DNA of 64,000 nt from an uncultured Candidatus Entotheonella sp. (GTDB lineage Bacteria > Tectomicrobia > Entotheonellia > Entotheonellales > Entotheonellaceae). The DNA lies in contig OZ244252.1 in the NCBI GenBank assembly GCA_965217185.1, positions 3,872,001 to 3,936,000 of the forward strand, written 5' to 3'. Made by a program: the position numbers and the translations under genes. The number at the start of each line of letters is the position of its first letter. The first letter of the stretch is position 1. This document shows positions 29,901 to 38,829 of the stretch, piece by piece. The notes below the pieces were generated by a model. That model made no database searches. It saw only the letters and a program-made list of their open reading frames with translations, and had not been told where the DNA came from.

Positions 29901-31043
29901 GTTAAGCTCCCGCGCGGTCTCCGCGCCCTCGGCAAAATGTCGGCGCGCTTTGCGCCGGGCCTTGATCGCGTCAGCGTCGGAACGCAGAGGGAAATTTGCG
30001 GCATCAAATAAGGGCACATTATGGAACACGATTTCGCGAAATTCGGCCGGCACCGTACTCAGGAGATGGGCCATCGCCACCATGTGGCGGAGTGCTGGAG
30101 CTTGGCACAAGTCGTCATCGCTAACCGCATCAATCGTTTCCATAGCGGCATCGCAGGAGCCAATGTGAAGTTGGTGCGCCAGCAGCATGAGTTTACCCTC
30201 GGGATCAAGATCGGTCGCGTTCATGCCAGCGGCCTTCAGCCAGTCCAAGGCTCCCTGTGGACCATGATGGTTTTTGGTGACCATAAAACTGGCGGATCGA
30301 GAGGCGGACGACGCGACAACTGCCAGCGTGTTCAATGCGGCGGCCACATCTCTCTTCTGCGAAGCGATAAAGGCGTCTGCGATCTGGATTTCCGGACACA
30401 CTCCCAGGCGTTTCGCTTCTGTGAGCAGTTCCTCTGCCTTGTCTGTATCTGCAGATGACAGGAGTCGGGCGCACCATGCTAGGGCTTTGGATTTAGTGGG
30501 CTTAGTCCCACCGGAGAATTCGCCATCCAAGAGCATCCTTGCGAGCGATAAGGCAGAATGAACACTATCAAAGTCCGAGAAGAACCGAGATTTGCGAAGT
30601 AGTTCCACTTCCTGGTTGATTTTCTGATCGACAAGTTCCACGGGAAAGCGATGGTGAGAGAAGATATGCGTTTGAGCGACGTTCGAGTCTGTGGAAAGGC
30701 GTTTATGCGCAACTGTCGTTTCGTGTGTCTGTTTGTACGACCTCAGTAAATCGGCCGTATAGGTTTCGGGCTGGCAGTCGACAAGGGTGTGATGAGTTGG
30801 GCAAAGCACAATCAGGTTTTCAACCGCGTTGAGTTCCGCTTCAGTTTGCCCAGTTGTACCTCTAGGGCCTTTTGGGTTCAGGGCATTTATGTGACATATT
30901 TCTCCGATGACACGAGCGTTGGATGTATCGGTGGGGAGCGCGATGACGGGCGTATTGCATCCCGGAGAGGCGCACTCGCCTCCACTCAAAGCGAACAATA
31001 TTTTTACCGTTTCCTGGGAATAATTTCGTCTCAACTTCGTCAC
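26937..31043 (-). CDS. HNH endonuclease + helical (TPR-like) repeats + PIN-like domains
   Basis: CASPGC..GEICHI..GPR..NLIVLCPTHHTLVD (HNH), an Ala/Leu-rich helical middle, and VGMDVTTLL..VYVPHST and IIADDRFF PIN-like segments. Confidence 0.75.
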   Translation of the reverse strand: MTKLRRNYSQETVKILFALSGGECASPGCNTPVIALPTDTSNARVIGEICHINALNPKGPRGTTGQTEAELNAVENLIVLCPTHHTLVDCQPETYTADLLRSYKQTHETTVAHKRLSTDSNVAQTHIFSHHRFPVELVDQKINQEVELLRKSRFFSDFDSVHSALSLARMLLDGEFSGGTKPTKSKALAWCARLLSSADTDKAEELLTEAKRLGVCPEIQIADAFIASQKRDVAAALNTLAVVASSASRSASFMVTKNHHGPQGALDWLKAAGMNATDLDPEGKLMLLAHQLHIGSCDAAMETIDAVSDDDLCQAPALRHMVAMAHLLSTVPAEFREIVFHNVPLFDAANFPLRSDADAIKARRKARRHFAEGAETARELNCPDQALVCDKYALWLELTDPECSETGRQRLLERLSDLKSALGLVPLGLQFGIKLDLAAVEQEIERQIALHGGMLQEAELARFVLVVTQKHPREVADYIARHEEELSRYVAKKAVQCIQIDALARASLPEKASESLELLIQEGLSEAEEGRLRTAIAEAEGTNSVEALKAQFEKTDALADLLLLVDECARRHDWDAVCEYGGTLFEITRSIPDAERWALALYNTNRAGRLVGMLEGNGDILAQSGSLRMLYCWALFHEGELLKARSELAKLSDDSANTDSRALGIKLAIALGDWSSLAAFVADEYREKENRSAGDLIYAAQLSLCLNSPHAKQLILAVADKGHDDAEALTAAYGLATKAGWEHEVDAIRWLHRAFELSGNDGPIQQITLKDILDRRPAWDRREARTWQLLSRGEIPMSLAAQALNRSLLHLMLFPALSNLSEPDPRRRGLIPAYSGKRQSAPFGVGGTVGMDVTTLLTLSLLDILDLSLDAFDTVYVPHSTLGWLFQEKDRATFHQPSRIQDAHQLRHLLATGALERWVSSTVADSDLAAHVGDELSMLITEAENVGDDVDTQRVVVRPAPVYRPASLMDEEADLTEHAAVICSCLSIVDKLRKNGQITAEEDRRARAYLQLQEKPWPQQPEIADGAILYLSSLAVSYFLHLGLLEKLRPAGFRAVVSPREASETDELIAYEGIANKVREKIENVRSALSQGIETGKIRFGRRHHGDESEERPLSAYPIDDMLALREHCEAIIADDRFFNQHVRIEDNGSDTFMVSTLDLLDGLVSVDAITPDSRLEYRTRLRQAGYFFVPVEDAELAHHLNASPVQDDKVIETAELKAIRENILCVRMSGWLQLPPEIAWLDTTLHVLIRALKGLWRAGSDLAAVKARSDWIMEQINVRGWAHRFGVENEESVAKTKQGLLTIILFTPPSGAPQETKSAYWSWLEDRVLVPMKEQDHDLYAWVVEQERSLISEIADREPDEWKRDDE

Positions 31044-31191
31044 CTTAGCCGAGCTTGAAGAGTGGTGAAGACAGCCACACGATACGACCCATGTGTCCCC
31101 ACTTTTGCAATGTTATCTGAATCGCCTGAAGTCTTCTGCAAGTGTTACAGATCCTGTGCCTCGTGAAATACGCTTTGTATGGGAGCTTTCG

Positions 31192-31950
31192 GTGACACAA
31201 CACCCTCCAAGGGTAGCTTGGACAGCGTTTCCAGACGTTATACTGCTGGCTGGTGAGATGGCAGTCAAGCGGCATCCCAGGTATTCCCAGGCGAAGGCGG
31301 GCGATGCGATTGCTGCAAGGACTCTGGTCGAAGATCTGGTCGACGAAGCGGGAATTGCGGCGGTACAGGAATTGATCGCCGCGGTCAGCGAACACGGTCT
31401 TCCTGTCCTGGTTAGCGCCCACGCATACGAACAACAGGGCGTGAATGCCATTCCGAGCGCCTTGGCGAAATTGCTGAGCGAACACCTTCAGCTCCCGTTT
31501 GAAACAACGGTTGTGCAGACCAACATCGTGTCCCACACAGGCGCCAGCGGTTATGGCCGGCTTGCCCGGCAAGCTCGTTTTGCGGGCGAAGTGGAAGAGA
31601 ATTGCGAGTATCTGTTGGTTGATGACTTTGTTGGCCAAGGCGGCACACTGGCCAACCTGCGCGGCTGGATTGAGAGACAAAGAGGCAAAGTGGTTGGTGC
31701 GATTGTGCTGACAGGCAAGCCGTATTCCGCTAAATTACAACCATCAAAGGAGCAACTGCATGAACTTCGACAGCGACATGGACGATACCTTGAGGCGTGG
31801 TGGCTTGAACACTTCGGCCACTCCTTCGATTGCCTTACTCAATCAGAAGCTCGGTACCTCGCCCGCTCCCCGGATGCTGGAACAATCCGAGATCGACTTG
31901 CTGCGGAAAAGCAAGGAAGAATTATTCAAGCTCAGGCGAGGAGATATTGA
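31192..31950 (+). CDS. Type I phosphoribosyltransferase-domain protein
   Basis: LLVDDFVGQGGTL PRPP-binding loop. GTG start after GGGAG. Confidence 0.85.
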   Translation: MTQHPPRVAWTAFPDVILLAGEMAVKRHPRYSQAKAGDAIAARTLVEDLVDEAGIAAVQELIAAVSEHGLPVLVSAHAYEQQGVNAIPSALAKLLSEHLQLPFETTVVQTNIVSHTGASGYGRLARQARFAGEVEENCEYLLVDDFVGQGGTLANLRGWIERQRGKVVGAIVLTGKPYSAKLQPSKEQLHELRQRHGRYLEAWWLEHFGHSFDCLTQSEARYLARSPDAGTIRDRLAAEKQGRIIQAQARRY

Positions 31951-32189
31951 GAGGGTAGCCTCTGCGGTGAAATGGCTGCTGTATCCTGAGGAAAAGAGTC
32001 CCTTGAACTTGTCACATTCATATGTACAAACCAGACAGGAATTCGGCGACCTGATCACTCAATCAGATAAACCCGTCTTCATCTTTCCCGACAATGCAAG
32101 GAAAATCATCCCAGATCCCGTAAGGAAAGACATAAGCATGACGGGGCGTTGCTGGAAGGTAACCGTCCCGGTGCAGATAGTCCGTTGTT

Positions 32190-32292
32190 AATTGGAGCGG
32201 GAAAGGGCGTCATCGGTGTTCATTCGGGAGTGCCTTGATGCCCGCGCCGCAATGGGCAGCCAGCGTTCGATCAGGCGGGTGTCTTCAGGCAT
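32190..32292 (-). pseudogene. Relic 5' end of a second DUF1156 methyltransferase (includes repeat copy 2, 32244-32292)
   Basis: [16 protein letters not shown], then frameshifted TPMTPFPAP. The intact gene has RSMTALPP at this position. Confidence 0.75.
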
Positions 32293-32309
32293 CGATTTCA
32301 AGCCCGGTG

Positions 32310-32972
32310 TCAAATGCCATCACTGACCGTATCCTCATCCGCAGCGTGGAACAGCTTTCTGAACCAGCTTAGGAAAGCTTCGGAACCTGGGCTGTCATGG
32401 TGGAAATAACCGGCTCTGAGCGCGGAACCGTATGGAAGCCCTGGTTCTTCGCACCAGGCCAGCCATGCCCGCAGTTCTGCTTTCCGTGTTGCGTTGACTG
32501 GAAATGCTGCGCCCAGTTCCTGGGCTTGATTTGTGGCGCTTCGGGCGTGCGACAGCAAGGGGTCTGTCGGGTTGATGAGGTCGATGAGGAAGTCTTCTAG
32601 CGCGCCTTCACGCCGATTGTCCGGCATCAACCAGACGCCGGTGCGAGTCTGAAATGGCTCGCAGAAATCAATATATCCTGCTGCCGGGAGATCTGCGGGT
32701 GGCGTGAGCCCCACGCTGGCAAGGCGACTCGAGACCGCGCGCCAACGGTCGTTGGATGATGCATTGGCATCCAGCACGAACCCGACGGCGTGGCCGGTGC
32801 CGAACTTGATTGCGATATCGACGCTGTCTATCAACCTGTCTACACCGCCTGTCTCTTTGATCTCCGGGAACCAGGGAGCCATGGGGTTCAGTTGCCGGGT
32901 TGCCAGCAAATGAAAAAGTGCGTGGTAATCGTCCTTCCCTTCGACGTGAAGGTGCGATTGCTGATTCGCCAC
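32310..32972 (-). CDS. DUF3226 (TOPRIM-like) protein
   Basis: HVEGKDD, VLDAN and WLMPDN..GALEDFL motifs. Confidence 0.82.
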   Translation of the reverse strand: MANQQSHLHVEGKDDYHALFHLLATRQLNPMAPWFPEIKETGGVDRLIDSVDIAIKFGTGHAVGFVLDANASSNDRWRAVSSRLASVGLTPPADLPAAGYIDFCEPFQTRTGVWLMPDNRREGALEDFLIDLINPTDPLLSHARSATNQAQELGAAFPVNATRKAELRAWLAWCEEPGLPYGSALRAGYFHHDSPGSEAFLSWFRKLFHAADEDTVSDGI

Positions 32973-32974
32973 GG

Positions 32975-34072
32975 TCAGCGGACCTCGATGTCCTGCTCGA
33001 TCGCTACCGATATCTGTTCTCCGCGCAGGGTGACGGCTTGGGGCAGCGCACGTTCGATCTTCTGGAGGGATACGTCCGAGGCGAGGTCTGGATCATTCTG
33101 CATGAGCGACGCCAACCCTTTGAGGCAGTCGTAACTGTGCGTGGTCGCAAACACCTGGACGTTCGACTGACGTGCGGCGGTGATGACGAAGCGCCAGAGA
33201 TCCTCCATCACGGTCCAGTGAAGTCCAGTGTCGATCTCGTCAATCAGCAGGACACCATTTGCTGAGTCAATGAGCGCCAGGGAAAGATCCAGCAGACGGC
33301 GCATGCCCTCGCCGAAGCTGCCGATGCCGATTCTTGGGCCACCACTTTGTCTGTCAACCAGCACATTATCCATTGACCAATTTCCGGGCAGGAGATGGAT
33401 GGATTCGATGTCTGGCTCCAGAGTCCGGAGTGCATCAATGAGATTGGTTTCACGGCGTTCCCGGATGACCTTCTCCCAGATGTTTCGTATGTCGACCGGG
33501 TACATGGGCGTTGTGCTCAGGAATCGTGACCGGCATTCGGTCTCCCACTGGGTGTAACGTCTCAGTTGATCCGAATAGATCAGGGAACCGTTTTCGGTTA
33601 TTGGGAAAATCGGGAGGGTGCGTTTTAGCGAACTTGCCGTGATTTTTAGACCGACCGTGGGCGCTTCACCAATGTTTCTTGTTACATGTTGGATGTCTGG
33701 ATCGATGTAGAGTTGATCGTTGCCGACCGTGTTGATTGATACGGTTTCCATGAATAATTTGTTTCGATTGGACGTCACGGCAAACTTGGTATTCGGTTTC
33801 ACACGGTAGCCGAAGAAAGCCGGGGAGATGTCGAGGATTTCGACATTGCGATCCGGTTGATCCGCGAACCAGAAACCTCGTTGCCGGCGCTGGCTCGCAA
33901 ACTGAGCCAACACCCGCAGGCTGCCGTTGTCGGTCAGCAGGTTGATCGCTTCAAGCACGGATGTCTTGCCGCAATTGTTCTTTCCCACGAGCAGGTTCAC
34001 GCGAGCCAGGTCGTTGAGTGTGTACGACTTGAATCCCCGGTAGCCGTCCAGTTGAAGATCGGTAAGCTTCAT
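32975..34072 (-). CDS. ABC-type AAA_15/AAA_21 ATPase
   Basis: GKNNCGKT, FGEGMRR, LIDEIDTGLH and ATTHS motifs. Confidence 0.9.
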   Translation of the reverse strand: MKLTDLQLDGYRGFKSYTLNDLARVNLLVGKNNCGKTSVLEAINLLTDNGSLRVLAQFASQRRQRGFWFADQPDRNVEILDISPAFFGYRVKPNTKFAVTSNRNKLFMETVSINTVGNDQLYIDPDIQHVTRNIGEAPTVGLKITASSLKRTLPIFPITENGSLIYSDQLRRYTQWETECRSRFLSTTPMYPVDIRNIWEKVIRERRETNLIDALRTLEPDIESIHLLPGNWSMDNVLVDRQSGGPRIGIGSFGEGMRRLLDLSLALIDSANGVLLIDEIDTGLHWTVMEDLWRFVITAARQSNVQVFATTHSYDCLKGLASLMQNDPDLASDVSLQKIERALPQAVTLRGEQISVAIEQDIEVR

Positions 34073-34563
34073 GGTTTCTTCTCACGTTGTTTCGGTTCGG
34101 TCAGCAGAAACCGCAGCGCCGTCAGGACCCGCCGCGGATGCTTGCGGTGCATGGCCATGCCGAGCCAGTAAGCCGCTTCCTCGCGTCCCATGGCTTCGAT
34201 GCCGGCTGCCACCGCCCGCATGTTGTCCCGGCTGCGCATCGGGGCGAGGGCGCGAAACAGCAGCCCCAGCGTCAGCGCCAGGTCTTCGTCGAGCGCGTAG
34301 CCGCGTTTCCTGATACCTGCGCTCCGGCCCAGCTTGACGCCGGTCTGTGAAAGCCGCTTCAGCACGCGGTATTCGACCAACTCCAGGTTGCGGCCCCGGA
34401 GTCCTGCGAGACGCAGTGCCGAGGTGACCTGCGGCGTTGCCGCCGCCGGCAGCTGCCAGATTTCGTACTCGCTGCCGATCGGCCCGCGGCGCCGGACCCG
34501 CAACTCGTAGCGGGGCGCCGAGCTTGGCGTTTCGATCTGGGCGATTCTCTCCAGCCGGGCCAT
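34069..34563 (-). CDS. Small DUF499-associated protein (DUF3780-like position)
   Basis: MGREEAAYWL..RVLTALRFLL. Start overlaps the DUF499 stop. Confidence 0.75.
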   Translation of the reverse strand: MARLERIAQIETPSSAPRYELRVRRRGPIGSEYEIWQLPAAATPQVTSALRLAGLRGRNLELVEYRVLKRLSQTGVKLGRSAGIRKRGYALDEDLALTLGLLFRALAPMRSRDNMRAVAAGIEAMGREEAAYWLGMAMHRKHPRRVLTALRFLLTEPKQREKKP

Positions 34564-37500
34564 TAGGCCTTGACCTCAGCAGCGGCGAACACATAGGCAG
34601 CGCCACCGGCAAATCGGGCCAGCCGCTCGGTCAGCTTCTCCGCAGCGTCACCCTGCATGGAAAGCCCGTCCGTAAAGACCAGCTCGAAACCTGCTTGGAG
34701 GCTTTGGGAACTGGCATCGCGCAACTGCGGTTCCAGAAACTCCCTGACCGGTTGTGCATCCAGCGGCGGTCCTCGGAATTCCAACTCGAAAGACCCGCCG
34801 TCGCGGGTTTCGTAGCCACCCGTAATCGTCACGCTCTTGTCCGCACCCTGCACCGCGCCCACCGCCCCCAGGAGCCGGAAGGCGTCGCCGGGCTCGAACA
34901 TCCGGATGGTCAGCGTGCCGATGACGCCGAGGCCCTTGGCCCGGGCCTGTTCCCATACCTGTGCCAAGGCTTCTCTGAGCAGGCCCTCGGCGGTCAGCCT
35001 ACCAGGCGTCGTATCTGAAACGTAGCCCATCCCCGGACCGGCCGGCGGGTCTGCGACCACACCGCCAGTCGCTCCCTCGACAGGTTGGCCGAATGTTTCC
35101 CCGTCCGGTCCCGCTTCTGAGGTACCCTGCTGTGGGCGCGGCCAGATGCCGGCATTCTTGGCATAGGCCATGGTGAAAACCACGGCCTGTTCGTCGATCT
35201 CAATGCTGGCCGACGGATCGCCCGGGCCAAACAGCAATTCCCCGCGCCGGTAGACATAGGCGCCTTGCTCGATGCCGCGCCTGACGCCGCGAATGAACAG
35301 GTCGTCGCCAATCAGGATAGGCAGGGCCGGGTCGCGCCGGAACTCGTTACGCAGGATCAGCGTGGTGATCTCGCCTTTCTTGAGCGGCGTACGGTCGCGC
35401 ACATAGGTGGGCGAATCAGGCTCGTCTTCGGGAAGCCGCAGCTTGCGGAGGTCACGCAGCACCCGCACGATCTGCTGTTGGCCGGCACCCGGCTGCTCGG
35501 AAGCGGATTGGATGTCGATAGCGGTATGGGCTAGATCCGCGTCGCTCGCCCCCAGCCGGTCGCGCGACGGGTAGAACACGTGCCGGTAACAATGTTGAAT
35601 GGCGAGGGCGAGTTCTTGCTCCGACCGCGCTTCGAGTTCCCGCACCTTGTCTTGCTGGTGCTCCGCGAGCTCGAGGAGACGTTCCGGTTTTTTCAACTCC
35701 CGCAGGGCCAGACGATGGGACATCTTATTTCGCATCTCTTCCCTGCGCTCATCGGCCGCGGCGACGAACACGAGGTTGTTCCGAAACGCCCGCAAGGCGG
35801 AGCCTTCGGAGCCTTTGCGGGCGTGGATGCGGCCGATCAATTCGGGTACGGCGTCAACAGAGTTGCCGACGATCACGCCGTCATAGGCCAGGACAACCAG
35901 CTTCGGGCGCCCATCACCCACCTCGTCCGGAACGTCGAACGGCCCGCCGGGAAAGCAGATCGCGTCGAAAGCCGCTCCTGAAGCCTTTCCTCTGAAGATA
36001 TCGCGGATGTGATCGTAGAGTTGGGCGCGGGCGTCGCCGGGATCGACGTGCCGCTCCTCGCGTCGAATGATCTGGCGCAGGTTGGCCTCGGCCAGAAAAC
36101 GTATCGGAGCGCCCGGTCGGTCGTCGAGATAGGCGGAATCGGCGATGAATTTCTTACGCGCTTCCTCAATGAAGCTGATATCTAGCGCCGGGCCGACGGC
36201 GGAGTATCGTAGCTGTTCGGCCGGCAGGCCTTTGAGCGGTTCGTTGAAGGCAAGGGTGTGCAGGAAGATGGTGCGGGCGACGTAGGCCGCATACGGCGGC
36301 AGGCCGCCATGATGTTCGGCGTCGATTTCCTGCGCCAGCGCCTTTGCACCGGCGCCTGAGACATCGTTGGCGATGGCCGGCACATAGGCAGTCTGACCGA
36401 GGCGGGTGACGATCTCCTGGCGGATGGGCTCGTGTCCCGGATCGATGTGATGCAGGTGCATGGCGGTGGCGTCGGCAGGCCGTTCTTTCCACAGATGCGC
36501 CAGCGTGCGTGCCAGTAGGCGCAGCATGCCGCGCACCCTTTGGAAATTGCCGAGCGTTGCGGTCTTGCCGGTCAAGGTCGCCAGCACCTCGGGGTGCAAG
36601 GGGTAGCTCGATCGGAACGTCTCGACCGTTTCCGGCCGCGAAGCCTCAGGGGGAAGCGCGTCGCCGCCTGCGGACCACAGGGCACGGTAGGCCTCGATGA
36701 CTGGCGCGGCTTTTTCTTCGTCAATGAACTCGAACAGGCGGCGGCGAAGGACCTGAACCGTCTCGTCTTCTTCGGTGGGATTCAACAGCGTCGCCTTGCG
36801 TGCGGACACGCTTTCGGCTTCCGCCATCCGGTCGGCGATGAACTGGTTCTCTTCGTTGTAGGCGTCACTTGCCCTGCCGTCCTTGCCGATTGCCAGGGTA
36901 TAGACCAGGGCGGCACGGGGAGCGCCTTCAACTGCCTTGAATAGCGAGGTCAAGAAGGCGGTCAGTTGATCGCGGGCGTTGGCAAGGTTGCGTACCTTGC
37001 GCAAATAGACGGACAGTTCGTCGAGCAGGATCAGCGTCGGTTCGCCACCGAATAGCTCCCGCAACGTCTCGGCACCGGGTGCGACATGGTTTTCGTCACT
37101 GACGCGGACCCGTGCGTAGCCGTCCTTGCCGGCGAGGGCGTAGGCGATCTCGCCCCAGGGCGTGTGGGCTAGCACTGCGTCTCCCATAGCCCGGCCGTTG
37201 GCCGGATCGGCATTCTCGCCGTCAAAGGCGGCAACGCGCACGCGTCCGTCCGGGAGCAGGGAGGGATCGATGAATTCCGCGATGTTGGGAACACCCTGCA
37301 AGCCTCTGGCGGCGTGAGCTAAGGCGATCAGCCCGTGCGTTTTGCCGCCGCCGTAGGAGGTGTCGAGGCGAAAAATGGCCGCAGCCTCGCCACCCGCACC
37401 GGTCAGCCGCCGGCACACGTTGAGCAGCAGGTTCCCGAGGCCCCGCGTGGGGTAGGTGTTGGCGAAGAAGCGAGCCGGGTCGAGGTATTCCTGAGGTCCC

Positions 37501-37610
37501 CTGCCGGCGATGACCTGTGCCAGGTCCGCCGCGAAGTCGGCCTCAGCAACCGCTCCCTTGAGAACGTCCGGACGGGGCCGGCAGGTCTCGAATATCGTGG
37601 GGATTGTCAT
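34563..37610 (-). CDS. DUF499 AAA+ ATPase
   Basis: FFANTYPT, TSYGGGKTH, LLDEL, SYPLHPE and FQRVRGMLRL motifs. Confidence 0.93.
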   Translation of the reverse strand: MTIPTIFETCRPRPDVLKGAVAEADFAADLAQVIAGRGPQEYLDPARFFANTYPTRGLGNLLLNVCRRLTGAGGEAAAIFRLDTSYGGGKTHGLIALAHAARGLQGVPNIAEFIDPSLLPDGRVRVAAFDGENADPANGRAMGDAVLAHTPWGEIAYALAGKDGYARVRVSDENHVAPGAETLRELFGGEPTLILLDELSVYLRKVRNLANARDQLTAFLTSLFKAVEGAPRAALVYTLAIGKDGRASDAYNEENQFIADRMAEAESVSARKATLLNPTEEDETVQVLRRRLFEFIDEEKAAPVIEAYRALWSAGGDALPPEASRPETVETFRSSYPLHPEVLATLTGKTATLGNFQRVRGMLRLLARTLAHLWKERPADATAMHLHHIDPGHEPIRQEIVTRLGQTAYVPAIANDVSGAGAKALAQEIDAEHHGGLPPYAAYVARTIFLHTLAFNEPLKGLPAEQLRYSAVGPALDISFIEEARKKFIADSAYLDDRPGAPIRFLAEANLRQIIRREERHVDPGDARAQLYDHIRDIFRGKASGAAFDAICFPGGPFDVPDEVGDGRPKLVVLAYDGVIVGNSVDAVPELIGRIHARKGSEGSALRAFRNNLVFVAAADERREEMRNKMSHRLALRELKKPERLLELAEHQQDKVRELEARSEQELALAIQHCYRHVFYPSRDRLGASDADLAHTAIDIQSASEQPGAGQQQIVRVLRDLRKLRLPEDEPDSPTYVRDRTPLKKGEITTLILRNEFRRDPALPILIGDDLFIRGVRRGIEQGAYVYRRGELLFGPGDPSASIEIDEQAVVFTMAYAKNAGIWPRPQQGTSEAGPDGETFGQPVEGATGGVVADPPAGPGMGYVSDTTPGRLTAEGLLREALAQVWEQARAKGLGVIGTLTIRMFEPGDAFRLLGAVGAVQGADKSVTITGGYETRDGGSFELEFRGPPLDAQPVREFLEPQLRDASSQSLQAGFELVFTDGLSMQGDAAEKLTERLARFAGGAAYVFAAAEVKA

Positions 37611-37839
37611 GGTCTGTTTGTCTAGGTGCTTTCCCGGCGACCGGCCGGTATGGCGTCTGCGCGTTGATCTTGGGGTACTTGGTGACTTCCAGTGGGGTCG
37701 TGATACTGGAATTGCTCATCCCCCGGCCTGCTTGAGGAAGCGCAAATCCGAGGGCAGTATCGTACAGAAGGAGGGCCATTAGCAAGCGGGAGACAGGACA
37801 CGACTGGGGTGTTCGTGATGCCTCTGACTTCCTTGGGGA

Positions 37840-38811
37840 TTATGCCCGGATTTCCGTGTTTCTGGTGGCAGCCGGGATTGGCTGCACCCGGCGATTGAGG
37901 CGGGGGTACCACATGCCCCACACGTGGATCTCGGCGCCCGCGTGCGACTCGACGTGGTGAAACGTTTTGTCCGCCCACTTGCCGTCGCCGGGGTCGACGA
38001 TGACGAGGTGTCCCGATTCGGCGGCGCAGCGGTCCATGTAGGCGGCGGTTTGTTCGAGGCCGTCGTGAAGGGTCTTCTCCAGACTGCCGCGCCGTATTTT
38101 GAGCTCCACGACGAACTTGCGCTTGTGGCCGTGCTGTGGCCACAAAATGACCAAGTCGGCGCGCAACCACCCCATGCCGTGTTCACGCTCGACGCGGCCG
38201 CCGCCATTGACGATGCGCTGCAGGAATGCCTGAAGCAGCAACTTCGGCCAAGCTTCCTGGAAGATGAAACGGCGCGACCAGTGCTCCGAATGCTCGCGGA
38301 AGAAGGTCTGGAAGGCGGCGAGCAGCTTGACGACGTTCAGCCCGCCGTCGGGGTTGACGTACCAGGCGGTTTCCTGCACCAGGCCGGCTTGCACCGCGTA
38401 CGTCAGCTCGCGCCCAGAGGCTCAAGGCTTCCTTGAGCGCTCCATTGGGGCCGGCTTCCTCCAGGATGCCTGCCCGCGCCTCCTTCAGGAACATATCCTG
38501 AAGCGTCAGGTCAGCTCGGGACGCCAACTCGCTGAGAATGGCCCGCAACGCCTCGTGCCTGTCTTCGCGCGCTGCCTGACCGACTTCTACGTTATATACA
38601 CGCAGCGATAATTTCCTGCGGCACCGCTGTTCAGCAGGTCCCGCAGCGCCAGCAGCGAGGAGGTTTTGCCCGTCTGCCGCGGCGCGTGCAGTACAAAATA
38701 CTTCCGCGTACGGATCAGCCCCAGCACGTCGTCGAGGTCGAGTCGTTCGAGGGGCGGGATGTAGTAGTTGTTGGCGGGCTGGATGGGGCCAGCGGTGTTG
38801 AAGAATCGCAT
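37840..38811 (-). pseudogene. AAA ATPase + PD-(D/E)xK protein, fragmented
   Basis: MRFFNTAGP..HAPRQTGKTS, then frameshifts and a large deletion, then FLQRIVNGGG..RADLVI..VVELK. Confidence 0.8.
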
Positions 38812-38829
38812 AGCGGCAGTATAGCAGCT

